Part shown: positions 1 through 9,633 of the stretch, piece after piece | How positions within the stretch are numbered: the first letter of the stretch is position 1 | How the letters are laid out: the number at the start of each line of letters is the position of its first letter | Assembly (NCBI GenBank): GCA_965261005.1 | Contig: OZ253375.1 | Coordinates: 1,952,001-2,016,000, forward strand | Source: Deinococcus sp. | GTDB lineage: Bacteria > Deinococcota > Deinococci > Deinococcales > Deinococcaceae | Direction: 5' to 3' | Length of the DNA stretch: 64,000 bases | Notes under the pieces: model-generated | Seen by the model: the letters and a program-made list of their open reading frames with translations, nothing else | What the model was told of the DNA's origin: nothing | Database searches by the model: none | Program-made: the position numbers and the translations under genes

Positions 1-489
1 ATGCGCGACCCCGCCGGCCTACAGCAACCGGACATCCCCGACGCCTCGCGCGACCCCGAGCGCACCCCGATGCAGTGGGACGCCTCGGAAAACGCGGGCT
101 TCACAAATACTTTCTCGGGGGCCGAGCCGTGGCTGCCCCTGGCGGAGAACTTTGCGGAGGTGAACGTCGCGGTTCAGGACGGCGACCCGGCCTCCGATTT
201 GAACTACTTCCGCGCCCTGACGGCCTTGCGGCGGGAGAGGCCGGAGCTGAGCGCCGGCGACTACCGGGAGGTGCCGCTCAGGGAGGATGACGTGTTCGCC
301 TTTGCCCGCGAGCTTGCGGGGGCGCGCGTCCTGGTGCTGCTGAACTTCGGCGGCGACACGCGGCGCCTAGAGCTTGATGAGGGCGAGGCGGCGGTGCTGC
401 TGTCGAGCGCGGGGCGGACGGGACGGGTCAGCTTGAGCGCGCTTGAACTGGCGGGGCACGAGGCGCTGATCGTGGGGCTGAAGGCGTAG
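1..489 (+). CDS. alpha-glucosidase/alpha-amylase family (GH13), C-terminal part, truncated by window edge
   Basis: RDPERTPMQWD..GF..PWLP..NV..Q motif typical of GH13 oligo-1,6-glucosidases. Confidence 0.85.
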   Translation: MRDPAGLQQPDIPDASRDPERTPMQWDASENAGFTNTFSGAEPWLPLAENFAEVNVAVQDGDPASDLNYFRALTALRRERPELSAGDYREVPLREDDVFAFARELAGARVLVLLNFGGDTRRLELDEGEAAVLLSSAGRTGRVSLSALELAGHEALIVGLKA

Positions 490-535
490 AAAGAAGCCCA
501 CTTCCCCTCTCACCCCCATCCGCTAGCATTCCCCC

Positions 536-1951
536 ATGCCGCGCCCGCCCAAGCTGCGCTACGACCGGGGCACGCTCACCTTGCCGAGCTTGCCGGAGTC
601 GCTGGCGCCCCTGTTCGTGTGGGACGACCGGGCGCAGACCTTCCGGGCGCCCGCGTGGCGCTACCGCGAGGTGGCGGAGACGCTGCGAAGCGGCAACGTC
701 CCCTTCGAGGACGCGGCGCGCGGCTTTTCGCCCCTGGGGCTCAGCTTTGCGCGAGAGATCGAACCGTACCTGCACCAGCGCGAAGCTTTAACAGAATGGA
801 AGCGCGCTGGGCGGCGCGGCGTGGTGGTGCTGCCGACGGGGGCGGGCAAGACGCTGGTGGCGCAGCTCGCCATGCGTGACACGCCGCGCAGCACCCTGAT
901 CTGCGTGCCGACGCTCGACTTGATGCACCAATGGTACGCGGGCCTCCTCGCCGCCTTTCCCGACGCCAGCGTGGGCCTCCTCGGCGGCGGCTCCAAGGAC
1001 GAGACGCCCATCCTGATCTCCACCTACGACAGCGCGGCCATTCACGCCGAGCGGCTGGGCGACCAGTTCGCGCTGATCGTCTTCGACGAGTGCCACCACC
1101 TGCCCAGCGACTTCAACCGCGTGATTGCCGAGTACGCCGTGGCCCCTTACCGCCTCGGCCTGAGCGCCACCCCCCGGCGCGGCGACGGGCGCGAGCGCGA
1201 TTTGCTGGAGCTGATCGGCCCGACCGTCTATGAAAAGCGGCCCGAGGATTTGCGCGGCCACACCCTGGCCCCCTACCGCGAGGTGCGGGTGATGGTGCGC
1301 CTCAGCGAGGGGGAGCAGAAGAAGTACGCCGCCCTGATCGAGACGCGCAACCGCTTTCTGGCGAAGAGCGGCATTGACATGCGCTCGCTGGACGGTTGGA
1401 AGAAGTTCATCCTGGCCTCGGGCAGCCCCGAGGGGCGGCGGGCCATGCTGGCGCACCGCGAGGCGCGCTTACTGGCCTACGGCACCGAGGGCAAGCTGCG
1501 CGTGCTGGAGGAACTGCTAGCCCAGCACCCACAGGAGCGCACCCTGATCTTCACCGACGACAACGCGACCGTCTACCGCGTCTCGCACGAGTTCCTGATC
1601 CCGGCCATCACCCACCAAACGCCCGTCAAGGAGCGCCACGCGCTGCTGGAGGCTTTTCGGGGCGGCGAGTACCGGGTCCTCGTGACCAGCCGCGTTCTCA
1701 ACGAGGGCGTGGACGTGCCCGAGGCCAGCGTGGCGGTCGTGCTGTCAGGCACGGCGACCGAGCGCGAGCACGTGCAACGCCTGGGCCGAATCCTGCGCCG
1801 CGCCGAGGGCAAGCAGGCCGTCCTGTACGAGGTCGTGACCGAGGGCACCTCCGAGGAAGGGGTAAGCCGGCGCCGGCGCGGGGAAGTTAAGCCGGCCCAG
1901 CCCAGGGTGCCCAGCTTTGAAATCGTCGAGACGGCTTGGGAAAATCTCTAA
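536..1951 (+). CDS. XPB/Rad25-like SF2 DNA helicase
   Basis: LPTGAGKT, DECHH, LGLSAT, EGVDVP, QRLGRILR motifs; TAGCAT -10 just upstream of ATG. Confidence 0.85.
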   Translation: MPRPPKLRYDRGTLTLPSLPESLAPLFVWDDRAQTFRAPAWRYREVAETLRSGNVPFEDAARGFSPLGLSFAREIEPYLHQREALTEWKRAGRRGVVVLPTGAGKTLVAQLAMRDTPRSTLICVPTLDLMHQWYAGLLAAFPDASVGLLGGGSKDETPILISTYDSAAIHAERLGDQFALIVFDECHHLPSDFNRVIAEYAVAPYRLGLSATPRRGDGRERDLLELIGPTVYEKRPEDLRGHTLAPYREVRVMVRLSEGEQKKYAALIETRNRFLAKSGIDMRSLDGWKKFILASGSPEGRRAMLAHREARLLAYGTEGKLRVLEELLAQHPQERTLIFTDDNATVYRVSHEFLIPAITHQTPVKERHALLEAFRGGEYRVLVTSRVLNEGVDVPEASVAVVLSGTATEREHVQRLGRILRRAEGKQAVLYEVVTEGTSEEGVSRRRRGEVKPAQPRVPSFEIVETAWENL

Positions 1952-3177
1952 TGTTGCCGACCGAACTGCTGATGTTCCGCGTCGAGGCGGGCTTGGTGAA
2001 GCCCAAGCGCCTCGCCAGGAGCGCGCGGGTGCTGAGCCTGGCGCAGAGCTTGATTGACCTGTTCACGGCCAATATTGGCGAGCGGCGGCGCACCATCGGG
2101 GAACACCTCGCCGCGCTGGAGGGGAACGAGCACAAGGTGGTGCGCGGTCTCGCCCACCTGCTGATGAACGGCCACGCCACCTTCGAGGCGCGCAGCCCGC
2201 TGGAGCCGGGGTTGCTGCGCCACAAGGTCTTCGCGCTGGCCCAGCAAGGCGTGCCCAGCCGGGGACGCCGGGCGGCCATTCTGGAGGAGGCGGCGCGCAG
2301 CCTGGGCAACATTGGGGCCGAGGACGTGCTGAGTGGCCTCTACGCCGACCTGCCCGAAAACCAGGTGCTGAGCGCCTTTGAGCCGCCCCTGCCGGAGGAC
2401 TTGATAGACCGCTACAACCTGGCGCAGGCGCAGGGGGTGCTGTACCGCGCCTTTGAGCTGGTCATCACCGCGCGCCGAAACGAGCCGGCGCGCTACAAGC
2501 AGCTTTTCTCGTACCTCAAGCTGTTCGGTTTGATGGCGACGGTGGAGGGCGACGCCGACTACGGCTTCACCCTGACCCTCGACGGCCCGACCAGCATTCT
2601 GCGGCCCTCGACGCGCTACGGCCTGGCGATGGCGAAGTTTCTCCCCGCGCTGTTGCACGTGACGCAGTGGGACCTGACCGCCACCCTGCGGCCGCGCAAG
2701 GACCTCGCCTGGGTGGACCCCGGGGAGGAGGAGTGGCGCTTTGAATTGACCAGCGAGAGCGGCTTGGTGTCACACTACGCCGTGCCCGACACCTTCGACA
2801 GCGCCCTGGAGGCCGCCTTCGCCGAGCGCTTCGAGAAGCTGCACCCCGTTTGGGCGCTGGAGCGCGAGGTGGACCTGGTGCCCGTTCCTGGGGGGGCCAT
2901 CATCCCCGACTTCCGCTTGGTCCACCCCGACGGGCGCAGCGCCCTCCTGGAGATCGTGGGCTACTGGCGCCCCGAGTACCTGAGAAAAAAGTTCGCCCTA
3001 CTCAAGCGCAGCGGGCGCAGCGACGTGATTCTGGCCGTCAGCGAGCGGCTGAACTTAGAAAAGGCGGGCGTGGACGTGGGGGAGTTTGGCGAGCGGGTGC
3101 TGTTTTTCAAGGGCGCCCTGCCGCCGAAAGAGGTGCTGTCCCTGGCCGAGCGGGTGGCGGTGCAGGCGGCGGCCTAG
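1951..3177 (+). CDS. DUF790/Bax1-like nuclease
   Basis: TAATG stop/start overlap with helicase; YNLAQAQGVLY, DGP.S, IPDF..LEIVGYW PD-(D/E)xK-like motifs. Confidence 0.8.
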   Translation: MLPTELLMFRVEAGLVKPKRLARSARVLSLAQSLIDLFTANIGERRRTIGEHLAALEGNEHKVVRGLAHLLMNGHATFEARSPLEPGLLRHKVFALAQQGVPSRGRRAAILEEAARSLGNIGAEDVLSGLYADLPENQVLSAFEPPLPEDLIDRYNLAQAQGVLYRAFELVITARRNEPARYKQLFSYLKLFGLMATVEGDADYGFTLTLDGPTSILRPSTRYGLAMAKFLPALLHVTQWDLTATLRPRKDLAWVDPGEEEWRFELTSESGLVSHYAVPDTFDSALEAAFAERFEKLHPVWALEREVDLVPVPGGAIIPDFRLVHPDGRSALLEIVGYWRPEYLRKKFALLKRSGRSDVILAVSERLNLEKAGVDVGEFGERVLFFKGALPPKEVLSLAERVAVQAAA

Positions 3178-4364
3178 ATTGGCTTCTCCCGAACCCGCCA
3201 GGCCAGTCCCAGAATCACCAGGCTCGCCACACCCACCAGCGCCAGGGCGAAGCGCAAGCTGCTCAGCTGCGCCACCCCGCCGATGATGGAAGGACCGGCC
3301 AGAAAGCCGAAGTAGCCAATCGTCGTGATGGTCGCCGTGGCCGTCCCGACCGCGCGCGGCGCCGCGTCGCCCGCCAGGGAAAAGGCCGTCGGCGCGACCG
3401 CCGCCAAGCCTAGGCCCACCAGCAGCAGGCCCGCGACCGTCACGGCCACCGAGCCGCTGACCGTGGTCAGGACGGTGCCGAGGGCGCCGGTCAGGCCCGC
3501 CACCATCAGCCAGCTTCGGCGGCTGAATACCCGAAGGGCGCGCCCCGCCGCTAAGCGCCCGAGCAGCATGGCGGCGTGAAACACCGCGACGCCCAGCGCC
3601 CCCACGCCGGCGGCGACGCCAAAGGACCCGCGCAGGTACAGCGCCGACCAGTTCTCCATCGCCCCCTCGCCGAAAAAGGCCATCAGCGTGATGACCGCCA
3701 GCAGCAGCACCGCCCCGTTGCGAAAGGGGGAGCGGGACACGGCGCGGCCGGGTTCGGCGTTGACAGAATCCGCCGGAACAGTGCCCGCCGGAACGTCGCC
3801 GCGCCACACGAGCGCCGCCAGCAGCATCGCGGCCGCCGCCAACCAGTAGAGGCTGCGAAAGGGCACGTCCAGCGCCAGCAGCCCGCCGCTCAGCAGCGCC
3901 CCCAGGGCCGCGAAGCCGCTGAAGCCGGCGTGGAAGTAGGGCAGCACCTTGTAGGACAGCACCTGGTCGCGCCGCCCCTGCTCGTGCCGCACGGCCACGG
4001 CGTTGATGCCCACGTCATACAGCCCCGAGCCGCCGGTGAACAGCAGCAAGAGGGCGACCAGGGTCGCGTAAGCGTGGGTCAGCGACACGCCGATCAGGCC
4101 GAGCGCCAGCGCCAGCGCCGAGGCGATGATCACCGGGCGGGCGCCCAGGCGGTCGGCCAGCCGCCCGCCCAGCAGCATCACCGGAATGGACGCCAGCGCC
4201 CCGCCAGACAGCGCCAAGCCCAGCGCGCCGGACGACAGCTGCAAATCGAGGGCCAAATTGGCGAGCAGCACCTGCCACACGCCGTACATCAAACCAAACG
4301 CCGCGAAGGCTGACAGGATCAGGAAGAACGGGCCACGCGGCGCGGACTCGGTTGAACTCGACAT
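3174..4364 (-). CDS. MFS transporter
   Basis: ~12 hydrophobic segments, GRLADRLGAR motif A; GGAGG SD before ATG 4364. Confidence 0.85.
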   Translation of the reverse strand: MSSSTESAPRGPFFLILSAFAAFGLMYGVWQVLLANLALDLQLSSGALGLALSGGALASIPVMLLGGRLADRLGARPVIIASALALALGLIGVSLTHAYATLVALLLLFTGGSGLYDVGINAVAVRHEQGRRDQVLSYKVLPYFHAGFSGFAALGALLSGGLLALDVPFRSLYWLAAAAMLLAALVWRGDVPAGTVPADSVNAEPGRAVSRSPFRNGAVLLLAVITLMAFFGEGAMENWSALYLRGSFGVAAGVGALGVAVFHAAMLLGRLAAGRALRVFSRRSWLMVAGLTGALGTVLTTVSGSVAVTVAGLLLVGLGLAAVAPTAFSLAGDAAPRAVGTATATITTIGYFGFLAGPSIIGGVAQLSSLRFALALVGVASLVILGLAWRVREKPI

Positions 4365-4401
4365 ACAGCCTCCATCAGCTTGATCCATCAGATTGATCTT
4401 G

Positions 4402-4417
4402 TGTAAATCGATTTACA
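4402..4417. promoter_or_regulatory. LacI-type operator
   Basis: perfect palindrome TGTAAATCGATTTACA between divergent MFS and LacI genes. Confidence 0.75.
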
Positions 4418-4445
4418 TCCTACCAGACCCGTATGATTCGGAAAC

Positions 4446-5534
4446 GTGAGCGATCCCGATAAGCCCAAGCGCCGCGCCCTGCTGCGGGACGTGGCGGGCG
4501 CGCTGGGTGTGTCGCCGGCGACCGTCTCGAACGCCTACAACCGGCCCAAGCACGTGTCGCCGGAACTGCGTGAGCGCGTCTTTGAGACCGCGCGGCGGCT
4601 CGGCTACGCCGGACCCAATCCGCTGGCGCGCTCGCTGCGGCGCGGCGAGACGGGGACGCTGGGCCTAGTGTTCGCCGAGCGCCTCTCCTACGCCTTTGAC
4701 GATCCCGCCGCCACCCTGCTGGTGCGCGGCGTGGCGGGCGCCGCCGAGGAGGCCGGGCTGGGGCTGTTGCTGGTGCCCGGCCGGCCTGGTCACGCGCCGG
4801 CTTTATCCGCTGTCCAAAGCGCCGCCGTGGACGGGCTGCTGCTGTATTCCATTGCCGGAGACGACCCGCGCGTGGGGACCGCCTTGGCGCGCGGCTTGCC
4901 CCTGGTGACGGTGGACCAGCCGCGCTTGCCGGACGTTCCCTTGGTGGGCCTCGACGACATGGGGGCGGCCAGAAGCGCGGCCGAACACCTGCTCGCGCTG
5001 GGCCACCGGACCTTCGGGATCGTCTCGTTCCCGCGCTCGCCCGGCGCCCGCGGCGGCTTGATCGGGCCGCGCGCCGCGCTGCGGGGCAGCTTTTCCCTGA
5101 CCCTGGCCCGTTTGCGCGGCTACAGCGAGGCCATCGCGGGCGCCGGGCTGAACCTCACGGGGAGCGCCGTAATGTATGAGTGCCCGGTCAACACGCGCGA
5201 ACACGGCCGCTTGGCTGCCCACGCCATTCTGACGGCCCGGCCGGAGGTCACGGCCATGCTTGCCATGAGCGATCAACTGGCCCTCGGCGCGTGGGAGGCG
5301 GCCCAGCTGCTGGGACGCGGCGTGCCCCACACTCTTTCCATTGTCGGCTTCGACGATTCCCCGATGGCTGCCGCGCGCGACCTCTCCAGCGTGCGTCAGC
5401 CGCTGACTGACAAGGGCGTGGTGGCCGGCCGGCTGCTGCTGGCGCACGTCAGGGGCGAGGCCGTGCCGGGGGTAACCCTGCTCCCGACCGAGGTTGTCGC
5501 CCGCAGTTCTTCGGCTCCCCCGTCAAGGCCATAA
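4446..5534 (+). CDS. LacI family transcriptional regulator
   Basis: LRDVAGALGVSPATVS HTH, LSIVGFDD, SSVRQP. Confidence 0.9.
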   Translation: MSDPDKPKRRALLRDVAGALGVSPATVSNAYNRPKHVSPELRERVFETARRLGYAGPNPLARSLRRGETGTLGLVFAERLSYAFDDPAATLLVRGVAGAAEEAGLGLLLVPGRPGHAPALSAVQSAAVDGLLLYSIAGDDPRVGTALARGLPLVTVDQPRLPDVPLVGLDDMGAARSAAEHLLALGHRTFGIVSFPRSPGARGGLIGPRAALRGSFSLTLARLRGYSEAIAGAGLNLTGSAVMYECPVNTREHGRLAAHAILTARPEVTAMLAMSDQLALGAWEAAQLLGRGVPHTLSIVGFDDSPMAAARDLSSVRQPLTDKGVVAGRLLLAHVRGEAVPGVTLLPTEVVARSSSAPPSRP

Positions 5535-5587
5535 GGCGGCACATCCCATCAAGCAGATTTTTTGCCGGCCGGCTACCCTTGAGGGGC

Positions 5588-5856
5588 ATGAAACCGAACG
5601 CGCCAAGCTACGGCAAGCGGGTGGACGCCCTGCTGGCGGCGCTGCTGGGCGATCTGGACGCCGATCTGAACGGCCACGCGCTGGCGGGACGCGCCCACCT
5701 CAGCCGTTCGCACACGGCGCGGTTGTTCGCGGCCAAGCTGGGCGAGGCGCCGGGGGCGTTGCGGCGGCGCCTCAAGTTGGAGCGGGCGGCGCACGCCCTG
5801 ACCCGCTCGGCGCTGAGCGTCACGGACATCGCCTTCGACGCCGGCTACGACAGCTT
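5588..5856 (+). pseudogene. AraC-family regulator, 5' fragment
   Basis: AraC HTH (AHLSRSH..RLF..RRRLKLERAA..SVTDIAFDAGYDS) breaks off where the convergent marR stop lies. Confidence 0.7.
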
Positions 5857-6324
5857 GTCCAGCAGCGCGCGCAGCGTCACGCGCTCTCCTGGCGTCAGGG
5901 CCGACAGCAGGCGGGCCTCGTTGGCGATATGCGGGGCGAGCACCCGGTCCACCAGTTCGCGGCCGGGCGACGTGAGCCTGAGCAGCACGGCGCGGCGGTC
6001 GGCGGCGTGTGGCGTGCGCTCGACTAAGCCGCGCGCCTCCAAAGCGTCCACGCGTTTGGTGACAGCAGGCGGGGTGCAGGCCATCCACTCGCCCAGGCGG
6101 GCGAGGGTCAGCCCCTCCGGCGGGGCCGAGCGGCGCAGCGTTGCCAGTACGTCAAAGGCTGGGGGCGTGAGATCGTATTCGGCGAAAAACAGCTCCAGCG
6201 CCCGCCCAAGCTTCGCGCTGGCCCGCTGCACGGCGATCACGGTCAGCATCGGCTCGGGGTCGAGGTCGGGCCGGGCCGCTCCCCAATCGCGCTCAATTTT
6301 TTCCAACAGCGCCCGCGCGTTCAT
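5845..6324 (-). CDS. MarR family regulator
   Basis: LEARGLVERTPHAADRRAVLLRLT wing motif. Confidence 0.9.
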   Translation of the reverse strand: MNARALLEKIERDWGAARPDLDPEPMLTVIAVQRASAKLGRALELFFAEYDLTPPAFDVLATLRRSAPPEGLTLARLGEWMACTPPAVTKRVDALEARGLVERTPHAADRRAVLLRLTSPGRELVDRVLAPHIANEARLLSALTPGERVTLRALLDKLS

Positions 6325-6782
6325 TCTCGCGCCCGCTCATGGGCCAGCAGCACAACGGCGCCGAGCAGCAATAGGGCGCCCAGAAGTCCGGTCCAGCGCA
6401 GGTCCCGCTGGGTCTGACCCAACCAGCCGAACGTGTCAATCAAGCGGGCGGCAGCAATCTGACCGAACGTGACCGCCGCCGTGCTGGCCGCTACGCCCAG
6501 CTGACGCGCCGTCAGCAACGTGAAGCTGACAAAGGCGGCGCCGACCGCCCCGCCCAGATAAGCCCACGAAGGCGCGCCGTCCGCAAAGCCGCCGGAGCCG
6601 AACAGCGTGATGCCTAGAAATAAAATGCCCGTGACCAAGGCGCCCACGACGAAGTTGACCAAGCTGGCCACCTGCGCCCCGCCGACGTGCCGCGCGAGTC
6701 GCACGTTCAGGGCAAGCCCCACGGACAACCCCAGGCCCGCCCCCACGCTGCCGAGCAGGGCGACCAGCAGCGTAGCCGTCAT
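6321..6782 (-). CDS. DMT family (YdcZ/DUF606-like) transporter subunit
   Basis: hydrophobic, W.YLGG..GA, IDTFGWLG; 4-nt overlap with marR. Confidence 0.8.
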   Translation of the reverse strand: MTATLLVALLGSVGAGLGLSVGLALNVRLARHVGGAQVASLVNFVVGALVTGILFLGITLFGSGGFADGAPSWAYLGGAVGAAFVSFTLLTARQLGVAASTAAVTFGQIAAARLIDTFGWLGQTQRDLRWTGLLGALLLLGAVVLLAHERARE

Positions 6783-7243
6783 GGCAACACCTGTAAGGCC
6801 AGTGCCGTGACCACCAGCGCGGCGACGGCGAGGCGAACGCGGCCAAAGCGGCGGCGCGGCAGGCCCAGCCAGCCGAAGTGGTCGAGTGCCAAGCTGAACA
6901 GCACCTGGGCGGCGATCACCAGCGCCACGGCCAGCCCCGTGCCGAGGGCGCGCGTCAGGACCACACTGCCCAATACGTAGGCGCTGCCCACCGCGCCGCC
7001 CAGTAAGCTCCAAGTGGGGGCGCCCCTCAGCGCGCGCAAACGTGCCACGGCCCGGCCGGAAAGCAGCAGGCCCAAACCCAGCGTGAGCGCCCCAACCGTG
7101 TAGGACACAGTCGCCGTGCCCGCGAGCGAGCCGCTGAAGCGGGCCAGTGCGCCGTTGACAGCGAACTGCACCGGCAACAGTGCGCCAGCCAACGCGGCGA
7201 GCGACAACAGCAGCGGTTTGATACTACGTGTAGGAACGGTCAC
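6779..7243 (-). CDS. DMT family (YdcZ/DUF606-like) transporter subunit
   Basis: Q..VNG.L, WSLLGGAVG, LDHFGWLG; paired with neighbour. Confidence 0.8.
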   Translation of the reverse strand: MTVPTRSIKPLLLSLAALAGALLPVQFAVNGALARFSGSLAGTATVSYTVGALTLGLGLLLSGRAVARLRALRGAPTWSLLGGAVGSAYVLGSVVLTRALGTGLAVALVIAAQVLFSLALDHFGWLGLPRRRFGRVRLAVAALVVTALALQVLP

Positions 7244-7342
7244 GCCGTCTCCTTCTCTGGTTAAATATTAATCAGTGAACTAAACTTGTCAACCTCGGCC
7301 CTGAATTGATCGCGCCTACCCAGTCAGGCAGACGCCGCGCCG

Positions 7343-7618
7343 CCCGGCTACCTACGCAGCGAGGAGATGCTGGCCCACAAGGGCCTGACCGAGGCCAACT
7401 GGCGCGAGGACAGCGACCCCAACTTTCAGGAATCGGAAACGCCGCACTTGGTCGGCCGCGCCGTAGCGCAGCTGGCCGCCGACCCGGGGAGACACCGCTG
7501 GAACGGGCGGGCGCTGGCGTCCTGGACGCTGATGGACGCCTACGGCTTCGCGGACGTGGACGGGCGGCGGCCTCACTGGGGCAGTTGGTTCGAGCGTCTT
7601 GAAGCCGAGCAAAGTTGA
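7343..7618 (+). pseudogene. short-chain dehydrogenase C-terminal remnant
   Basis: PGYLRSEEML..SETPHLVGRAVAQLAADP..YGFADVDG.RP resembles an SDR C-terminus; no Rossmann N-terminus upstream. Confidence 0.65.
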
Positions 7619-7661
7619 CGAGGGCGCCGAGCAAACTCTGTGCGCCCAGATCGAGCTGTTC

Positions 7662-7703
7662 ACCCCTCCTTCCTTGAGGGGGAGGGGCCGGGGGTGGGGG
7701 GTC
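7662..7703. repeat. REP-like GC-rich palindrome
   Basis: ccctccttcc-ttga-gggggagggg; related to copies at 8812-8854 and 16344-16451. Confidence 0.55.
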
Positions 7704-7818
7704 CCACCGCCAAACCAACGCGCCTCATTCCCACCCAACATCCGGCCCGAATTCTCCAATAGCGTGGGGGACAGCCAGGCGAAGACATGGGCGGGTGGTG
7801 ATAGGCGCTCATCCCCGC

Positions 7819-7850
7819 CTTGACATTTTCTTGACACGGCCGGGTAGACT
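7819..7850 (+). promoter_or_regulatory. phnD promoter with 11-bp-period direct repeat
   Basis: CTTGACA at 7819 and 7830, TAGACT -10 at 7845, ATG at 7859. Confidence 0.55.
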
Positions 7851-7858
7851 GGCGCGGT

Positions 7859-8737
7859 ATGAAAAAGCACTCTCTCGTGGCCCTCGCCCTGCTGGCGGGC
7901 CTGTCCACCGCCGCCGCCGCGCCCATCAAGGTGCGCATCGGCTACAACCCCACCCAGAATTCCGACCAATTGAACGCCGCCGCCAAGGCTATCGCCAACT
8001 ACATCGAGGACAAGTTCCAGGGCACGGTGGCGGTGGAGACCTTTATTCCCACCGACTACCGCGGCCTGATCGAGGCGATGCGCGCCGGCAAGCTCGACTT
8101 CGCCTTTTTCCCGCCCGACGGCTACGTGCTGGCCCACCAAGACGCGGGCGCCGACGTGCTCCTGAAGAGCGTCCGCAACGGCGGCCCGTACTACTGGTCG
8201 GCCATCGTGGTCCGCAAGGACAGCGGCATCAACAGCCTGTCTGACCTTGAGGGCAAGAGCATGGCCTGGATTGACCCCAACAGCGCCTCGGGCTACACCT
8301 TTCCGCGCGCCGCCATCGTGGGAAAGGGCATCAACCCCGACAAGTTCTTCAGCAAGCAGGTCTACGCCGGCAAGCACGACGCGGCCGTCTTGTCGGTCTT
8401 CAACAAGTCGGTGGACGCCACCGCGACCTTTGCCAACGACGACCAAAACAAGTCCGGCTCTTGGACGCAGTTCCTCAAGCCCGACCAGGCCGCCCAACTC
8501 AAGGCGATCTTTTACACCAAGCCGATTCCCGGCGACACCTTCGCCGTCGCGCCGCAGTTCGAGAAGAAGTACCCGGCCCTGACCAAGGGCATCACCGCCG
8601 CCATGAAGAGCATCAAGGCGCCGCAAAGCGACCTCCTCAAGAACCTCTACACCATCGACTCCATGGTGTCCGCCAAGGACGCCGATTACAACGTGGTGCG
8701 CGACACCCGCAAGGTGCTGGGGCTGGACAACAAGTAG
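7859..8737 (+). CDS. phnD: phosphonate/phosphite ABC transporter substrate-binding protein
   Basis: signal peptide, DY.GLIEAM, DPNSASGY.FP, GKHDA. Confidence 0.85.
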   Translation: MKKHSLVALALLAGLSTAAAAPIKVRIGYNPTQNSDQLNAAAKAIANYIEDKFQGTVAVETFIPTDYRGLIEAMRAGKLDFAFFPPDGYVLAHQDAGADVLLKSVRNGGPYYWSAIVVRKDSGINSLSDLEGKSMAWIDPNSASGYTFPRAAIVGKGINPDKFFSKQVYAGKHDAAVLSVFNKSVDATATFANDDQNKSGSWTQFLKPDQAAQLKAIFYTKPIPGDTFAVAPQFEKKYPALTKGITAAMKSIKAPQSDLLKNLYTIDSMVSAKDADYNVVRDTRKVLGLDNK

Positions 8738-8811
8738 ATTTCGTACTCGCTCTGCCCCCGGTTCGTCCGGGGGCTTTATCGTGGGGAATGTTGGTCAAGG
8801 TCGCTGGCGGG

Positions 8812-8854
8812 ACCCCTCACCCCCAACCCCTCTCCCGCAGGGGGAGAGGGGAGC
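8812..8854. repeat. REP-like GC-rich palindrome
   Basis: cccctctccc-gcagg-gggagagggg between phnD and phnC. Confidence 0.6.
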
Positions 8855-8883
8855 AAAACAAGAATCTTTCGCCGTGAGGACGC

Positions 8884-9633
8884 ATGATTGAAGTCAAGAA
8901 CCTGGAGAAACGCTTTCCGGACGGCACGCTCGCCTTGTCCAACGTCAACGTCCGTATTCCCGACGGCGACTTCGTGGCGGTGATCGGGCTGTCGGGGGCG
9001 GGCAAGTCCACCTTTTTGCGCTGCCTGAACCGCTTGGTGGACCCCAGCAGCGGCTCAATTACGGTGAACGGGCAGGACGTGGCCCATTTGCGCGGCGCGG
9101 CCATTCAGCGGTACCGCCGCACGGTCGGCTTCGTGTTTCAGCAGTTCAACTTGGTCACGCGCCTGAGCGTACTGGAAAACGTGCTGCACGGCCGGCTGGG
9201 CTACCACGGCACGCTGCGCGGCATGCTGGGCCTGTATCCCCAAGAGGACTACGCCATCGCCCGCGACGCCATCCGCTTGGTCGGCCTTCAGGAAAAGGAG
9301 AACACCCGCGTCAGCAGCCTGTCGGGCGGGCAGCAGCAGCGGGTCGCCATCGCCCGCGCGATGGCCCAGCGCCCGCAGCTGATGCTGGCCGACGAGCCGA
9401 TGGCCAGCCTCGACCCGCGCTTGTCGGACGTGATCCTGGGCATCCTGCGCGAGTACAACCAGGAGCGCGGCGTGACGGTCCTGATCAACATTCACGTCCT
9501 GGAACACGCCCGGCGCTACTGCAAGAGATTCCTCGCCTTTAACAAGGGCGAGCTGATCGCCGACGGCCCGATCGAGGACCTGACGCCGGAACTCGAAGAG
9601 AAGGTCTACGCCGGAAATTTGGAGACCTTGTGA
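8884..9633 (+). CDS. phnC: phosphonate ABC transporter ATP-binding protein
   Basis: GLSGAGKST, LSGGQQQRVAIARA, LADEP.ASLDP. Confidence 0.9.
   Translation: MIEVKNLEKRFPDGTLALSNVNVRIPDGDFVAVIGLSGAGKSTFLRCLNRLVDPSSGSITVNGQDVAHLRGAAIQRYRRTVGFVFQQFNLVTRLSVLENVLHGRLGYHGTLRGMLGLYPQEDYAIARDAIRLVGLQEKENTRVSSLSGGQQQRVAIARAMAQRPQLMLADEPMASLDPRLSDVILGILREYNQERGVTVLINIHVLEHARRYCKRFLAFNKGELIADGPIEDLTPELEEKVYAGNLETL

Noticed and set aside
5579..6472. 297-aa full-length AraC protein
   Set aside because: AraC similarity stops at ~5856; the rest is the antisense shadow of marR
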